Origin: Camelus ferus
Taxonomy: Eukaryota
Direction: 5' to 3'
Assembly: GCF_009834535.1 (NCBI RefSeq)
Contig: NC_045697.1
Location: forward strand, 58,158,001-58,222,000
Length of the DNA: 64,000 nt
The notes under the pieces were generated by a model that saw only the letters and a program-made list of their open reading frames with translations, did not search any database and was not told where the DNA came from. A program made the translations under genes and the position numbers. This document shows, piece by piece, positions 13,301-26,495 of this stretch (the stretch's first letter is position 1; each line of letters opens with the position of its first letter).

Positions 13301-13969
13301 TTTTAATATTTCATGCAAAGTCATGTATTTGATGTTTAGTGATGGTTTTGATCCAAATTAAGTTCTAATTTTATGACAACTCATTTTATTTAGACATTAT
13401 GAGAGAAGATGTTTGGGATAGGAATCCACTAGAGGCTTGTCCTTTGAGTTTCCAAGAACCCTATGCCAACGATCTGTAAACTGTGGTTTACAGTTCATTA
13501 GTAGTTCATGAAGTCATTTTAGTGAGTCTACTTTTATGTTATGTTTGCTTGAAGTAGAATATAATAAAATGGCATGGCATAGGCCAGATCAGAATGAAAC
13601 ACACATACATGTGTGTGCATGTGTACATGTGGGGTGTGTGTGTGTGTAAATGAATAGTGGGTCATGCTATTAAAGGTATTTTTTTACTGTGAGACCTGTG
13701 AAAAGTTTTGAAAGCTATCTAACAATTATATTTTTCATAATTTTTGTAGCTTCTTCCTTTCCTTTACTCCAAATCCAGAGTTACGTTAAAGAAGAGAGAG
13801 ATACACTAAAGAATGCAACAGTGTCAATTGATAAAACAGGAAATCCTCTTTAGGTAAATAATTAATGTATGTATGACTTTTAAATGTTTAATTGTGCTTA
13901 AGTACAAGTGATTATATGTATATATGATGAATCAGTAAATATCAGTGATTATTTATCAAAAATTTATAC

Positions 13970-14197
13970 CAGGGGTAGCCAATTATGACCCACAGGACAA
14001 ATACACCCACAGCATGTTTTTGAAAATAAAGTTTTATTGGAGCACAGTCATACTTTTTGTTTATGTATTTTTTGTTTATGTATTATATGTGGCTATCTTT
14101 ATGCTATGATGGCAGACCTGAGTAGTTGCAACTGACCAAATGGCTAACAGTCTAAAAGATTTACTTCTGAACTTTACAGAAAGCTTGCTGACTCCTG
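13970..14197 (+). mobile_element. MER58A (hAT-Charlie)
   Basis: cagggg start, aaataaagttttattggagcacagtc, tgagtagttgcaac, and end tttacagaaagcttgctgactcctg. Confidence 0.9.
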
Positions 14198-15032
14198 AAT
14201 TAGACAAATACTATAACTCACTGGCTACTAGATTTGAGCATTTGGATAGTCTGGGAAGAAATGATGGTGAGTTTGGAAAAATGTGATATATTTTATTTTG
14301 TTGTTAAAAAATGAGAGGTATAAGAGAAAAACAAGTGTAGCTTGGCCTTTGACTAGATCAACAATGCTTCCAAACAAGTTTAAAAATAATACTAATATTA
14401 ACATTTGTTAAATGTTTACCTTTTGCTCTATATGCAGTGTCTCCTTTAATAAAAACTTTAATAATAACCAAGGTATTATTATAGTTCTTTTACATGTGAG
14501 TTTAGTGTGATTTACATAGATTAGGAAACAGCAAAATTTACCTAGTAATTTACCTAGGGAACGATGTGACGTGACTCATACTTAATTTAAAGTCTGTTGA
14601 ATTCCAGAGCTAACTCTTAACAACCTGGTTAAATTGTTGTACTTTGATCCTGAACACTGAAGCAGCTTATCAATATGCATTACCAATACTAGGAAATACA
14701 TTCAAATTGAATGTCCCACTAAGAAGGAGTTCATGGAAACATTTTTTTTTAAAAGGTATGCATATGTATTTATTTATTTGCATTGCAAGCATTTTCCCTG
14801 ATAAGAAGGAAAAATGGCTAGGAGCATAGTTCATATAGGAAGATTCATTAACTGGCTTTATACAACCAGTTGTCTACTGTCACTGAGAACAGAAAAAAGA
14901 ATATAAAATCATGGTAACTCATCAGCAGTGTAACTCTGCTTTGCCATCTACCAGTTGCGCTCTCTTAGCCAAAACTGTTAAACTGTCTGAGCTTCAGACT
15001 CTTCATCATTAAAACAAGACTAAGAAATTTGC

Positions 15033-15158
15033 ATTCCAATGTTCATAGCAGCACTATTTACAATAGCCAAGAAATATAAACAACCTATCAACAGATAAAT
15101 GAATAAAGAAAATGTGATAGATAGATTATAGATAGATAGATAATAGATAGATAGATAG

Positions 15159-15199
<41 letters not shown>

Positions 15200-15634
15200 G
15201 GAATATTACTCAGTCTTAAAAAAGAATGAAAATTTTGCCATTTGCAACAACACTGATTGACCTGGAGGGTATTATGCTTAGTGAAATAAGTTAGACAGAA
15301 AAAGACAAATACTGTATTTTTCACTTATATGTGGAATCTAAAAAATAAAACAAAGGAATGAACATAACAATACAGAAACAGACTAACGGGTATAGAGAAC
15401 AAATTCGTGGTTACTAGTTGGGAGAGGGTGAGGGGGAAAGGGCAAGATAGGTGAAGGGAATGAAGAGGTACAACTACTAGGTGTAGCATAAATAAGTAAC
15501 AAGTATAGCACAGGGAATATAGTCAATGTTTTATAGTAACTTGTATGGAATATACTCTACAAAAATATCAAATTACTATGTTGTACAACTGAAACCAATA
15601 TTGTAAGTCAACTGTACTTCAACTTAAAAAAAAA
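15033..15634 (+). mobile_element. 5'-truncated L1 3' end with 11-bp TSD
   Basis: L1 3' UTR motifs, A-tail, and TSD aagaaatttgc at 15022-15032 and 15635-15645. Confidence 0.93.
15116..15197 (+). repeat. Compound (GATA)n(CA)n microsatellite inside L1
   Basis: Directly visible. Confidence 0.95.
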
Positions 15635-16395
15635 AAGAAATTTGCTGTAAGGATCTAATGGATCGTAATACAAAAATGCACAGAATGTAGTAGTTAAACA
15701 ATAAATGGTTAGTTATAAAATATATTGGTTATATAGGAAAACTGCTTTTCTTGCAGTTGTGTTTATCAACAAATTAACTCATAAAAAATTAACTTATGGT
15801 TTAAAGGTATTGCAAAATAACATGTTTTCATTTCTGTAAGATGTATAGGTCCGGTTTTTGTGTCTGAGTAGGTAGATTCTATGAAAGCAGTAATCAATAA
15901 TATCTTGAGGTCTTTTCACTTCTAATACCTAAAAATTAGCATTATCAGTTTCCTGGACAGAAATGAAGGTCCAGAGCTAACCTCAGACACAGAGGATGTC
16001 AGGCATGCTTACCCTCAGCTCCCACCTAGTCAGTCTGCCTGATGCAGACACTGTCTACCCAATACTCTCAAGGGCCCTTGTCACTAACCTCACTCTTTTC
16101 CAGAAGCCCAGTTCTGTGGACTTTTTCCACTCATTTACTACTATTTATTAGAAAATAAAATAGCAAGCAGAAAATAAGAGTTTTATGGCAAAGATGTCAC
16201 CTTAGTTAAGTAAGATCTTGAAACAAGTAAAAACTGAGGGTGTTCTATTACTAACAAATTTGTGCCAATTATGTATGTTATGCACGTATACAGTAAAAAA
16301 AATTCTGACTTTGTAGTTATTCTTTCAAACCTATTTTAAATTCAACAAATAGGCCATTTTCCAAATGACGCTAATAGTTGTTGTTGCCTATTCTA

Positions 16396-16484
16396 TTTTT
16401 TTTTTTAATGGAGGTACTGGGGATTGAGCCCATGATCACATGTATGCTAAGCATGTGCTCTACCACTGAGCTATTATCCTCCCT
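16396..16484 (-). mobile_element. tRNA-Ala-derived camelid-type SINE (vic-1-like)
   Basis: Reverse strand reads tagctcagtggtagagcacatgcttagcat...ccccagtacctcca plus an A tail; TSD cctattcta/cctatccta at 16387-16395 and 16485-16493. Confidence 0.9.
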
Positions 16485-17111
16485 CCTATCCTACTATTAA
16501 AGGCAAGCAACTCACTGCTCTATTATTGGTAGGATTCTTCCTCTTCACTAATATTTACTAATTATTTACTATGTGCTATGTATGCATCTTAATTAATATT
16601 CATGAAAACTGCATGAAGTGGCTACTAAGTATCTGTGGAAACAGGCTTAGAAACCCTAAGTTACTCAAAGTCTAAAAACTAGTAAGAGGTGGAAATGGAA
16701 TTCAGAGAAAACCCTTTCTAATACTAAAGTGTGCTATCATACCTTAGGGGATTATATTTGCATTTCAAATTGTGGTCATTTGGGATAGTGTGTTCTTCAC
16801 TTACAAATAACTATTATTGTAGTCAGTGTGTGAAGGTTTAGAAAATATAAAAAGGCCTGTTAGGCTGACAGAGGGACAAAAGGGCTAATGTATTTATGAC
16901 TTATATTTATTTCATTAGATATGCAAAACAAAATATGGTTTTAGGATGAGATTCTTTTGACAAATTCTTTTGTACACTGACAAATCTTTGGTATAAAAAT
17001 GTCATTATATGAAGTGAGACTTGTTAAAAGTAAGCCAAAAAAAGTTATATCTAATAGACCTGTTCTGTTTCTACAAGGCAAAAAATACCTTCAAATTTGA
17101 CTTTCTGAAGC

Positions 17112-17203
17112 GGGAGAGGGTAAGAGTTCAGTGGTAGAGCACGTGCTTAATGTGCACAAGGTCCTGGGTTCAATCCCCAATACCTCCATTTAAAAAAAAT
17201 AAA
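17112..17203 (+). mobile_element. tRNA-Ala-derived camelid-type SINE (vic-1-like)
   Basis: gggagagggtaagagttcagtggtagagcacgtgc...gtcctgggttcaatccccaatacctcca plus an A-rich tail. Confidence 0.9.
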
Positions 17204-18559
17204 GAAGGAGGAGGGTGCTTTTCAGTGGTCTGTTGAATTTCTATAGGAACTCAGGTACAATTGAATGTGACTCTTGTCTTCTGTAAGCCCAAACTCTTCC
17301 TTTATACAATTATTCCTCATTTCGTGAATCCAATATGTCTGTCCCTCAGCCTCATTTACCTTAAGCTTTGAAACAAAAATAAATTTAACACCAACCAATA
17401 CTTGTGGTTAATATTGTTGATAAAACCAAGTTATATAAAAATGCTGTCTTTCCCGAGCACATATACATTTTAAGCCTGTTAACCCTGATTTACAACAAAA
17501 GACTTTCAACTTTTCTTCTGGGAAAGAATTTTGTTTTACATTATAAGGAAACAGGACATACTTCAGAGAGGAGAATAAGCCATGTTATTCCTCCAGTTAC
17601 TCATTTTAGAATAAGACGAGTGGATATGACCATGCAGAAACCCTGTCGTGAGGAATGACCCAGGCACTATCTAGACTTCTATCTTCAGAGTGATGCAGGT
17701 TGGTGGAACCCGTTCACTCCCGCATCCAGTGTCTACACTGCACAGCCCTGGCACCTGTCCCTTCCCTGCAGCTTTCCTTTCTAAGTCTTTCTCTTAACCC
17801 AACCACACATCTTTAGGTAATAAGAAGCCCAGGTATACAGATTAAGTTCTTTGGTTCATTTGATAATTTTTAAAACGGTGTGACAATTTATAATACGTAT
17901 AAATACAATTTATAATCAATCATATAATAATTATGATTGATTTCCATGTTTTCTATTAACAATTGGTTATGAGGGTTATAGTGAATAAATATAGCAGCAG
18001 CCTAGACAGGTACACAGTCTTTATCAATAGTGTCATTATTTCTGTCTCATCTACTAAGCAATGCTGCTTCTAAGAACAGTCATCCCAAAAATCAAATTAC
18101 GACTTTTTTCCTGGATGTAGATTTTAATATACGGCAAAAGTAAGATTTCTATTTCATGCTGAAGTGTCACTTTGTACTTCATACTTAGAGATGAGTTATT
18201 AAAACAGATCAAATTATTGTCTTTCATAAATCATAACCAAAAAGTTATAACCAACCTCAAGGAGATTAGCCTGACATACATAAAATACAGAACTGTGGGC
18301 TAGATGTGACAGTCACATTGTACCCTATGAGGTCAGAGTGTAATTCCTCACAGTAATTATTTTCTAGCTCTATTCTGAGACAGGATAATTGATTTAATAT
18401 TTCTAATCAATACGCATTTGTTTCTGTTTTTTCTGACTGTGGATTTTTTTAAGAGAATTCAGATTGCTATTTAGCTCAATGGTGCAAATCTTTGCATATT
18501 AAATGAAAAGCAAAATACTTTGATAAATTGAAAGCGATAAAAGTTTAATTTTACCACTT

Positions 18560-19950
18560 AGAAACTCAGAAATAATTGTGAAGTATAATCCCAAAAATAT
18601 CTCTGTGTCCTTCCTTTCTAAAAGATGAAGCATCTTTGCTTCTTTATCTGGTTCCAATTTCTCCCTCTTCAATCCATGCCACCTCCTTAGGCCCTTGATC
18701 AAACAAGTCCATTTCTCAATTCATTATCTTTCTCCCCACCACCCTGCTACCTCTCCAACACCTGCCAAACAGAATGCTAGGGTCTCTCTAGGCGCTAAGA
18801 AAACAGACAATCTTACTGTTGCCCTAATGCCCTCCTTTCTTTATCAAGAATAAATATTAGTCCCAAGTTCATTATCTTCACTTCCTTGCCTTACATTTCC
18901 ATCTCAATCCTCAGAAATCTATATGGGTACGTTATCCTGGCATTGTTTCCCCTAAGATCATCAATTATTTCCAAATGGTCGAGTCCACTGAAGCTTTTCC
19001 TTGGTTGACTTCTCTTTGACTGTAATACCAGGCATGGTCTTCTCCATTAGTAACACTTCCTCTCTTCATGTCCATGAAAATGCTTTTCTCACTTCTGCTA
19101 CCTTTCGATCATTTTCTGGTTCTCTACCAGTATCTTTTCCTCTAACTCTTCCATGGATTCAGATCACCTGTATACAGGTGATTCTCTTTCTTTTGAGCCC
19201 CAAACATTTGTTTCCACATTTATACTTACCTATCTACTTGGATAAAAAATAGACCACTCAGTCTCAGCATAGATAATCTTATCACATATACAAAACCAGT
19301 TCCTTTTCTTCAAATATTCTTTGTGAAATAAAAAAGCTGAGAATTATTCTCCAGTCCTCTCTCCCTCACCCTCAGTCAAAAAGCTCTCAACTATGCATTC
19401 TCAGTCTCTTTCCACACTGCTCTGTTACCACCATTCAATTTCAGTCCATCGAAATGTCTTGATTTACACTTCCTTCAGCCTCCAATATCACCTCTCCCTC
19501 CTTTCTTTACTACCTGCAAATTCTTTATTCATTCCTAAACTTGACACTTATTTTAACACATCATTGTCTCCCCTGTTATCATCATGGTAAAATAAAAATT
19601 GCTTAACATGCCTGTGTCAATCCAACTCTCCTGTCACTTCCCAATATGAAAGGTCATATACCTTTTCCCAAATGAATGTCAGTTTCTCAGGGCTCTCTGC
19701 TTTTCTACATTTTCTGTTGGGACATCCTTCTTTCTCTGGATAATTACTCTTTATTACTTGGGCTCATAAAAAAATACCATATGTAAAAACCTATCTCTGT
19801 TCTCCTCCTTGCACAACACAACCAATATTACAGCACTCAGTATACAACGTTATATTTTTTGTTATTCTTATTAATCTCCTTCATGGAAATTTTTGGGGAC
19901 ATGAAATGTCTTATTCTTTGTGTCCACTATGCCTCATAGCTTTAGTTAAT
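18560..19950 (+). mobile_element. LINE-2 fragments
   Basis: Long C/T-rich degenerate stretch with L2 ORF2 and 3' motifs. Confidence 0.55.
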
Positions 19951-20129
19951 CTGAAACATTTATGGAGAAAGAAGCTTTTAGTCTGTAATAAAATCAGAAA
20001 ATCACAAATCACAAATTAATGTATGAATAATAAAACCATAATGTCATTTATCATCCAATATGGCAAAACTCAATTATTACTGTCAAATATTTACTCTTTG
20101 AAGAAGAAGTTTGAAACCTCACACATTTA

Positions 20130-20410
20130 TGGGCAGGATATTTTTCAGCCTTTAAAGAGGGCATATTCTTTAGTAAACTCCTTAGATGAGGCCAAGGGCA
20201 ATAACAGAAAAGGGAAGAATTCCCAGAAGGAAAAACTAAGAGCCATGGAAAACAATGGACTGGAGAGCTGGAGCAGATGCAGAACTGTGTCCTAAACAAG
20301 GAATATTTCCTATCTCCAGGGTAGAGGCACAGCATAGTATTTACCCCTTGGGATTTGGGAATTACTGCTGTAGGTTTCTCATTCTTCCACTTTTTGAATG
20401 GTAGTGTCTT
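20130..20410 (+). mobile_element. MaLR (MLT1) internal fragment
   Basis: cccagaaggaaaaactaagagccatgga and ggatttgggaattactgctgtaggtttctcattcttccactttttgaatggtagtgt resemble MLT1-int. Confidence 0.55.
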
Positions 20411-20619
20411 TTCAAAGAATACTAGATGCTGTAATATATAGTGACTAAAGATTTTGCAATATGGTTTTAATTTATATTACAGATGTAATTATTAATACAT
20501 AAATGTAGGTTTATATATTTAATCAATAGATATGGCAGGAAAAGAAAGCCAAAATTCTAACTCTACTTTCATATTTTCCAGCAAAATCAAAGAAGAAAAA
20601 ATATATAAAGATTACACCT

Positions 20620-20960
20620 GACTCACTGCATTTGTACTGTCAGTAGCCCTCTGCCTGAAATGTCCCTCTGATAAATATTTACTTACTTACTCCCTTATTG
20701 CCTTTTAGTTTGTGCTCAAATGCCATATAATTAGAAAATTCTCGGCCCAATCACTTGTGTAGGTTAGCAAGACCCACCACTTTGTGTCTTATCATCCCGC
20801 TTTATGTTTGGAATGAAGCACTTATCACCACCTGATTTTTGTGTTTACTTATTTTATATTCTTGCCTTCACTTTGTAGTATTCACTGCTATTTCCTCAGT
20901 GCCTAGAAGAGTGCTTGGCCCATAGTAGGAACTCGATGTTGAATAAATGATTGAATAAAT
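20620..20960 (+). mobile_element. L2a-like 3' end
   Basis: ttcactgctatttcctcagtgcctagaagagtgcttggcccatagtaggaactcgatgttgaataaatga. Confidence 0.8.
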
Positions 20961-23900
20961 CATAGAAAACTGATCTCTTAACAGAAAGATTTCCCCTCAA
21001 ATTCTTTACAGAGAAGTTAGACTAATCCTTGAAAATATAGAAATCGAATCACTTAAGACTACACTTAGAACCCATTTAAACTACCTAACACGCACATGAT
21101 CTGATCAGACATATGTGATCTGACCTCTGTCTGCAGCACCCTCACACAGACACCAGGGGGTAGCTTGTGAATGTCAAAGTCGGGGCTTTAAGATCCCTGT
21201 AATGTCCATCTGACTTTCCCAAGTTGTCCAAGAAATCTGTAGTCAAAGTAAAAACAATGTCCTTGGAATGCTCATGACAACCTCCGAGTCTCTACTTCAA
21301 AACAGACTTACTCCTCAGATTTCTTCTGTGTAGAAAATTTTTAAGCCCCATTCTTCACTATCTTTTAACCTACTGGTCTTAATTCGATTTACTCAAACTT
21401 TCCAAACTTTTACAGACCTCAGGGCTTTTGCATTTTCTGAAACACTCTAATACCAGATTTTCACATAGCGTGCTTGTTGTTATTGTTCGAATCTCAAATA
21501 TTATTTTTTCACAGAGGTCTCAGGTACATATCATATCCTCTGGGTGGGTCTTCCGTAATGTATTCCACACACACACGTATACACCTCAGTCTCCAGCCCT
21601 CTTCTTCATCACTGGACTTATCAAAACCTGAAACATATTTTTATTTATTTATTCTCTGACTTTCGCGTTGTTTTCTCTTCCACTAAAGAATAAGCTGCAT
21701 AAGGGCAGGGACTTTACCTATTTTCTTCACCACTGGGCTTCCAGTGCCTGAAACAACACCTGACTCATGGAAGGTATTTTATAAGTACTAAAAAAAAAAA
21801 AAAAAGAACTTAAATTCATCCTGAATTTTCACACATTCAGACATTTCTCTCAACTTCCTAGGTGGACACCATTTACGTGTGTAAGACCTGTATTCCAGCC
21901 CTAGTGCTTTGCAAATTCTCTGGGATTGTTTTGAGTTTGAGCTAATTTATGGTAACCCTTTGACTTCTAAAGTTCTATAATTCTGTGGCAAATGAAATAT
22001 CAAATACCAGTCTCATTTTATATATATACATATATATATATGTATTTATATTTGAAGTCTTAGCTCTGCTATAGTGTTTGTGTAGCTCAATTTTCTACAG
22101 ACTTACTCTTTAAAGGAGAATTCAGAAATATCAATATATCTTATATAGCTATGGCTGGAAAAATTTGTTGTTGCTGAGCAAAGCATTTAAGCTCTACTGT
22201 TGTCAGCAAAATCCTAAGAGAAGGAAAACTGAGTCAATTGAATATTCTTGTAGCAACAGTAGCACAGAACAGATTAATCAATATTAAGTTACTTCTAGTT
22301 AAACTTTCCAGGTGCATGTAATCTGGAACTAGGCTTAGAAGTCTATACATATTAATTGTCTAGTTGAGCCAACCTCAGTGAAAGATAATGACCGCATTTC
22401 TAGAAAAATTGGGAAAGCAGGAAGTCAGACAAACCTGTTTTCAGTTTATGTTTTGGTCTCTTGGACAGATTACATAACCTCCTCAACTCTCACTTTTATC
22501 ATATCAAAAAAGATATAATATTTATGCTGTAAGGGTTAGTAATAATGGGTTTACTATGTGTAGAATAGCATTTGCAGTTAACAGGTGCTAAATAAATTAT
22601 CTGCTGTTAAGACAATGATTAATTGTGATAATGGGGAAATTCCATTTTTCTCTTTCTTCAATAATCAGGATTGCACTTTTAAAAATATAAATAATGATGA
22701 GAGTGGAAATATCTTTTGATGGAAATAAAGTTTTGCAGAATTTTGCTTAAAATATAGTAAAATCTGGGTTATAGTAATTGCTATTGATAAATGCACATGC
22801 TTGACTGGCACATGACAATAAATCTCAAAGCTCATGTCATTAGTAATTTTCAATAAAGAAAATAGTTTTACAAAACAGTGAGATTTTCAGGTAAAAAATG
22901 GTCTAACAATGACAACATAATTCTACTATTTACTGAGTTCCTGCAATTCCACCAAGAACTCTGCAAGAGAGGATTTGTCAGCTTGATTTAACAGATGAAG
23001 AACCTGAGGGTCTCATTTTGTGACATAACATATGCTTTCCAAACATAACCATAAAACTAATATAAAAGATAATCAAACTGAAATAGCTTGCTCAGATTTT
23101 TTCCTGATAAATACAAAAAGTGTACTACTGATGCAGACCTATAATTATATATGTTCATTATAACCTTTGCACAGGTTCAATATGGTACCTGAAATGGTGT
23201 TACTTAGTGAATTTAGGTGATTTGTTTATAATGTAACATTGTATTAAAAAGCAACATTTAATACATATGCTCTGCTGTTCTCTCTGCTGCTTTGGGTTAC
23301 TTTCAACATGGCAGTCTGAGGGGTTCATTGGCTTCCTCCTTGATCCTAAGTGATTCTTTTCTAAATCTGATTACATCCCAGACGTTCTAACTACTCAAGG
23401 ACAAGAAGAGATTAGATGCCAGCTTGATTTAGAAACACAAGGACCCCAAGGAACTAGCATAAACTCTAAGCACCTAGAGTAAGGAGATTTGAAAGCTTAT
23501 CGCATCTATGAAAAATATATCAAGAAAATATATGTGTCAGGAGTCAGGCAAAGAGAAAAACAGAAATTCTCATTCCTTCTTAGATTACAAGGTCTTCTAA
23601 ATAGAGTATATTACACTTGTAAGAGATGAACATCCCTAAAATAAACAAATTAAATAAAGTTAACTTGCAAACAAATGTAAGAGTGAAATATGTATACATA
23701 TACTTGAGGAAACATTTTAGGCCCTAAAATATAACATCACACCATCTTATTGATAAGCTTATGGTATTCACTGTAATTAAAGTTATTTTAGCCAAAAAAT
23801 ATTTTTACTAATCATAGCTTCATGCTTCTGAAATCACAGATTTCTAAAAGTAAAATAACATGAACTATAGAGGAGATCTCATATATTTCTACTTAAACTA

Positions 23901-25149
23901 AAATATACAGCAAATAGGTTCTCTGCTGGGGCATTAATTGATATCTTTTTACTTAAATTCCATAAATAATGAAGCAGATGCAATATTCCTCAAGCCAGAT
24001 ACAAGCTTTCATAGGTTTTATCATTCCTATGACATCACACATGGTCTGAACCATAAACAGAGGTGAACCAAATGTTTCCCATTTAAAGCTGGCCACGGCA
24101 AAGATTTCAGCTCCATCCATGTCATATAAACATGCTACGGGCAAGAGTTCAACAAAAGCTTATAAAAGAGGCACCTGTGGTTTATAAATTAAGCCCATTT
24201 GCTGTAATTAACCAGCTTTATTTTTCATAAGTCAACTTTTTTCATTGTTTTTTAAACCATCCCTGTGGTGGTCATAAACACCATGCAGTTTTAATGGAAG
24301 AGGATTTGGTTTCTTAAAACCCCAGGAGACTTGAAATCAAATCAGTCAGGCCACTTCTAAAAGGAAAAAAAGAAATTGAGGGCTCTGGTTAACTTAGCTC
24401 CAGTTGTAGGCAATTCAATCCAAATAAAAATAGACTGGCATTAGTGCAGTTCTGTCTTGTACAGTCTCAGTAGATGTACCTTCCCCTTGGAGGTTAATCC
24501 CCAGCATGGTTTTCCTGGAGTCACAACTTACTTCTCTGAGTGGTTAACTCTTTAAAATTAAGTGTGCACCCAAAACAAAATGTATTTTGAAATAAAATCA
24601 GGGAATTTCATAGAAAATATGTGGATATTAAAAAGTCATTTAAGTATGTTTAACAATAGCCAATGCCATTTTAAATCAACATGGAACAATTGCAGGTTTA
24701 ATATATATTTGAGGACGTTTTTAGAAATATTTGAGCTTTCATTTTTTTTTTCCAGGTATACTTGGCAGCCCTAAAAATTCACCTAGAAATGCTGTGATTA
24801 TTTATACAAATATATTTTACATATATTGCTTTGCTTGGCTCTAGTGGTAACAAAAATGCATGACTCTTTCATACTTCAGAATTAGATGCTCAGAAGTTTT
24901 TACATTGAGACTTTTTTCTTGAACAAAAGACATTCCCAGAAACCATGAATGCTTTTATAAAAAGTGTTTTCAATAACATAATTCCAAGGTCCTAATGAAA
25001 GAAAAAAACTTGAGTAGGAAAAGCATTTCTACTATTCTAGGAAACTAGGAAACACCCGTTTATAAGAAATAGCTGATACACATAAGAAAAGATGTAAGTA
25101 GTATACTTGATTCTGCCAAATCTCTTTTTCAGTGTCCTTGTACAATTGA

Positions 25150-26080
25150 CTTTCAGTAACAGCACTATACTTCACAAAGTGACCAAGGAATAAAGATATA
25201 TGCAAACTGTCCCAATAATAGTGTATTTAAGCATAAAAATTATATCAAGAACTACAAAAATTATCAATTATTGATCAAAATAATTTCAAATCTAAGAATT
25301 GATTATAGGAGACTAAATAGAAACTTTGACACAGTATGTAAAGTACACAAAGAAATTCATTTTACATAATCATAAAAGGAAAATATACATTCCAAGCTAA
25401 AAAAAAAAACGGACACACAAACCACAAACTTGAATAGAGAATTCATTCAAGTGAAAAATTTCCAAGGACGACTGAGCATGATTCGGTTTGTCTAATCCAC
25501 CTGGAAAATAGTTCGGCATTTCTAATTAAGTGGAAAATACGCATTCTCTGTGATACAGCAATTCTACCCATGTTATATACTCTAGAGAAATTCACAGTTC
25601 TGCATAATAAATACGTATGTACAAGAATTACCAGAGCAGTGTGGTTTGTGACAGTAAAGTACTAAAAACAACCCACATGTTATCTACAATAGAGTGAATA
25701 AAACATTTGTAATCTAGTCACATGACATTACTGGGTACCTATAAAAATACTAACAAGCTTCATGCATAGAATGGATTACATATTTAAGACATAGTTGGGT
25801 TTAAAAAGTGGGATATGAAATCATACTTATAGTATGATTTCATTATGTAAAGATCCCAAAAAGCAAAGCTATACCATATGGTTTAGGGAAATACATATAG
25901 GTGGTAAAGTGTATACAGCAGTAAGAGAATAAGCATGTTAATAAAGACTTCTTGGAGTAGGGAGACGATTATGACTGGGAAGGAATATATAGTAGGCTTC
26001 TGAAGTGTGAATTTGTTCCATAATTATTTGTTTTATAATTATTTATGTTATATTTCACAATATAAACATAATGCTTTTAA
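25150..26080 (+). mobile_element. Old L1 (L1ME-like) 3' end
   Basis: cagcaattctacccatgttatatactctagagaaatt, atacttatagtatgatttcattatgtaaag, gtttagggaaatacatataggtggtaaa. Confidence 0.7.
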
Positions 26081-26495
26081 ATGCAGAATTTGGAACAATT
26101 CTTGAAGGAGAAAATAACTATGTTATAATACTAGAATAGCAGAATGCCCTTTGTATGCATGTGTCTGTGTGTGCATTCACATATATACTTAAATAATTAC
26201 ATTTCAATAGATCTATATTTATGCACGTGTTTTAAACCTGGCTGTGTAATGGGCTTAAAATGTACTTATACTAAAATTTAAGTGATCAGAAATACTATAA
26301 GTCTTTAGTAATGAATGTGATCTTCTTCCCAAGTCCCTATCCTTAAGGTAGCAGGGAGAACTTTATTTACTTAACTCTGACTTAATCCTTAGTCAAACCA
26401 AGTATTTTTAAAATGTAGTGAGTCTGTCTTTTGAGATAAGGATTCAGTTTCTCTTATTTCCGTTTCTCACCAAATTTCTGCTCCTATTCAAGATA

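Larger units (their letters stand above)
14930..15715 (+). mobile_element. MIR split by an L1 insertion
   Basis: MIR core (ctgtctgagcttcagactcttcatc) lies before 15022 and the MIR tail (tgtaaggatctaatg...aataaatggttagttat) after 15645. Confidence 0.65.

Noticed and set aside
22107..22154. 48-nt in-frame minus-strand exon candidate with a GTAAGT donor (HSYIRYIDISEFSFK)
   Set aside because: Short, weak polypyrimidine tract and an unrecognised peptide; expected by chance.
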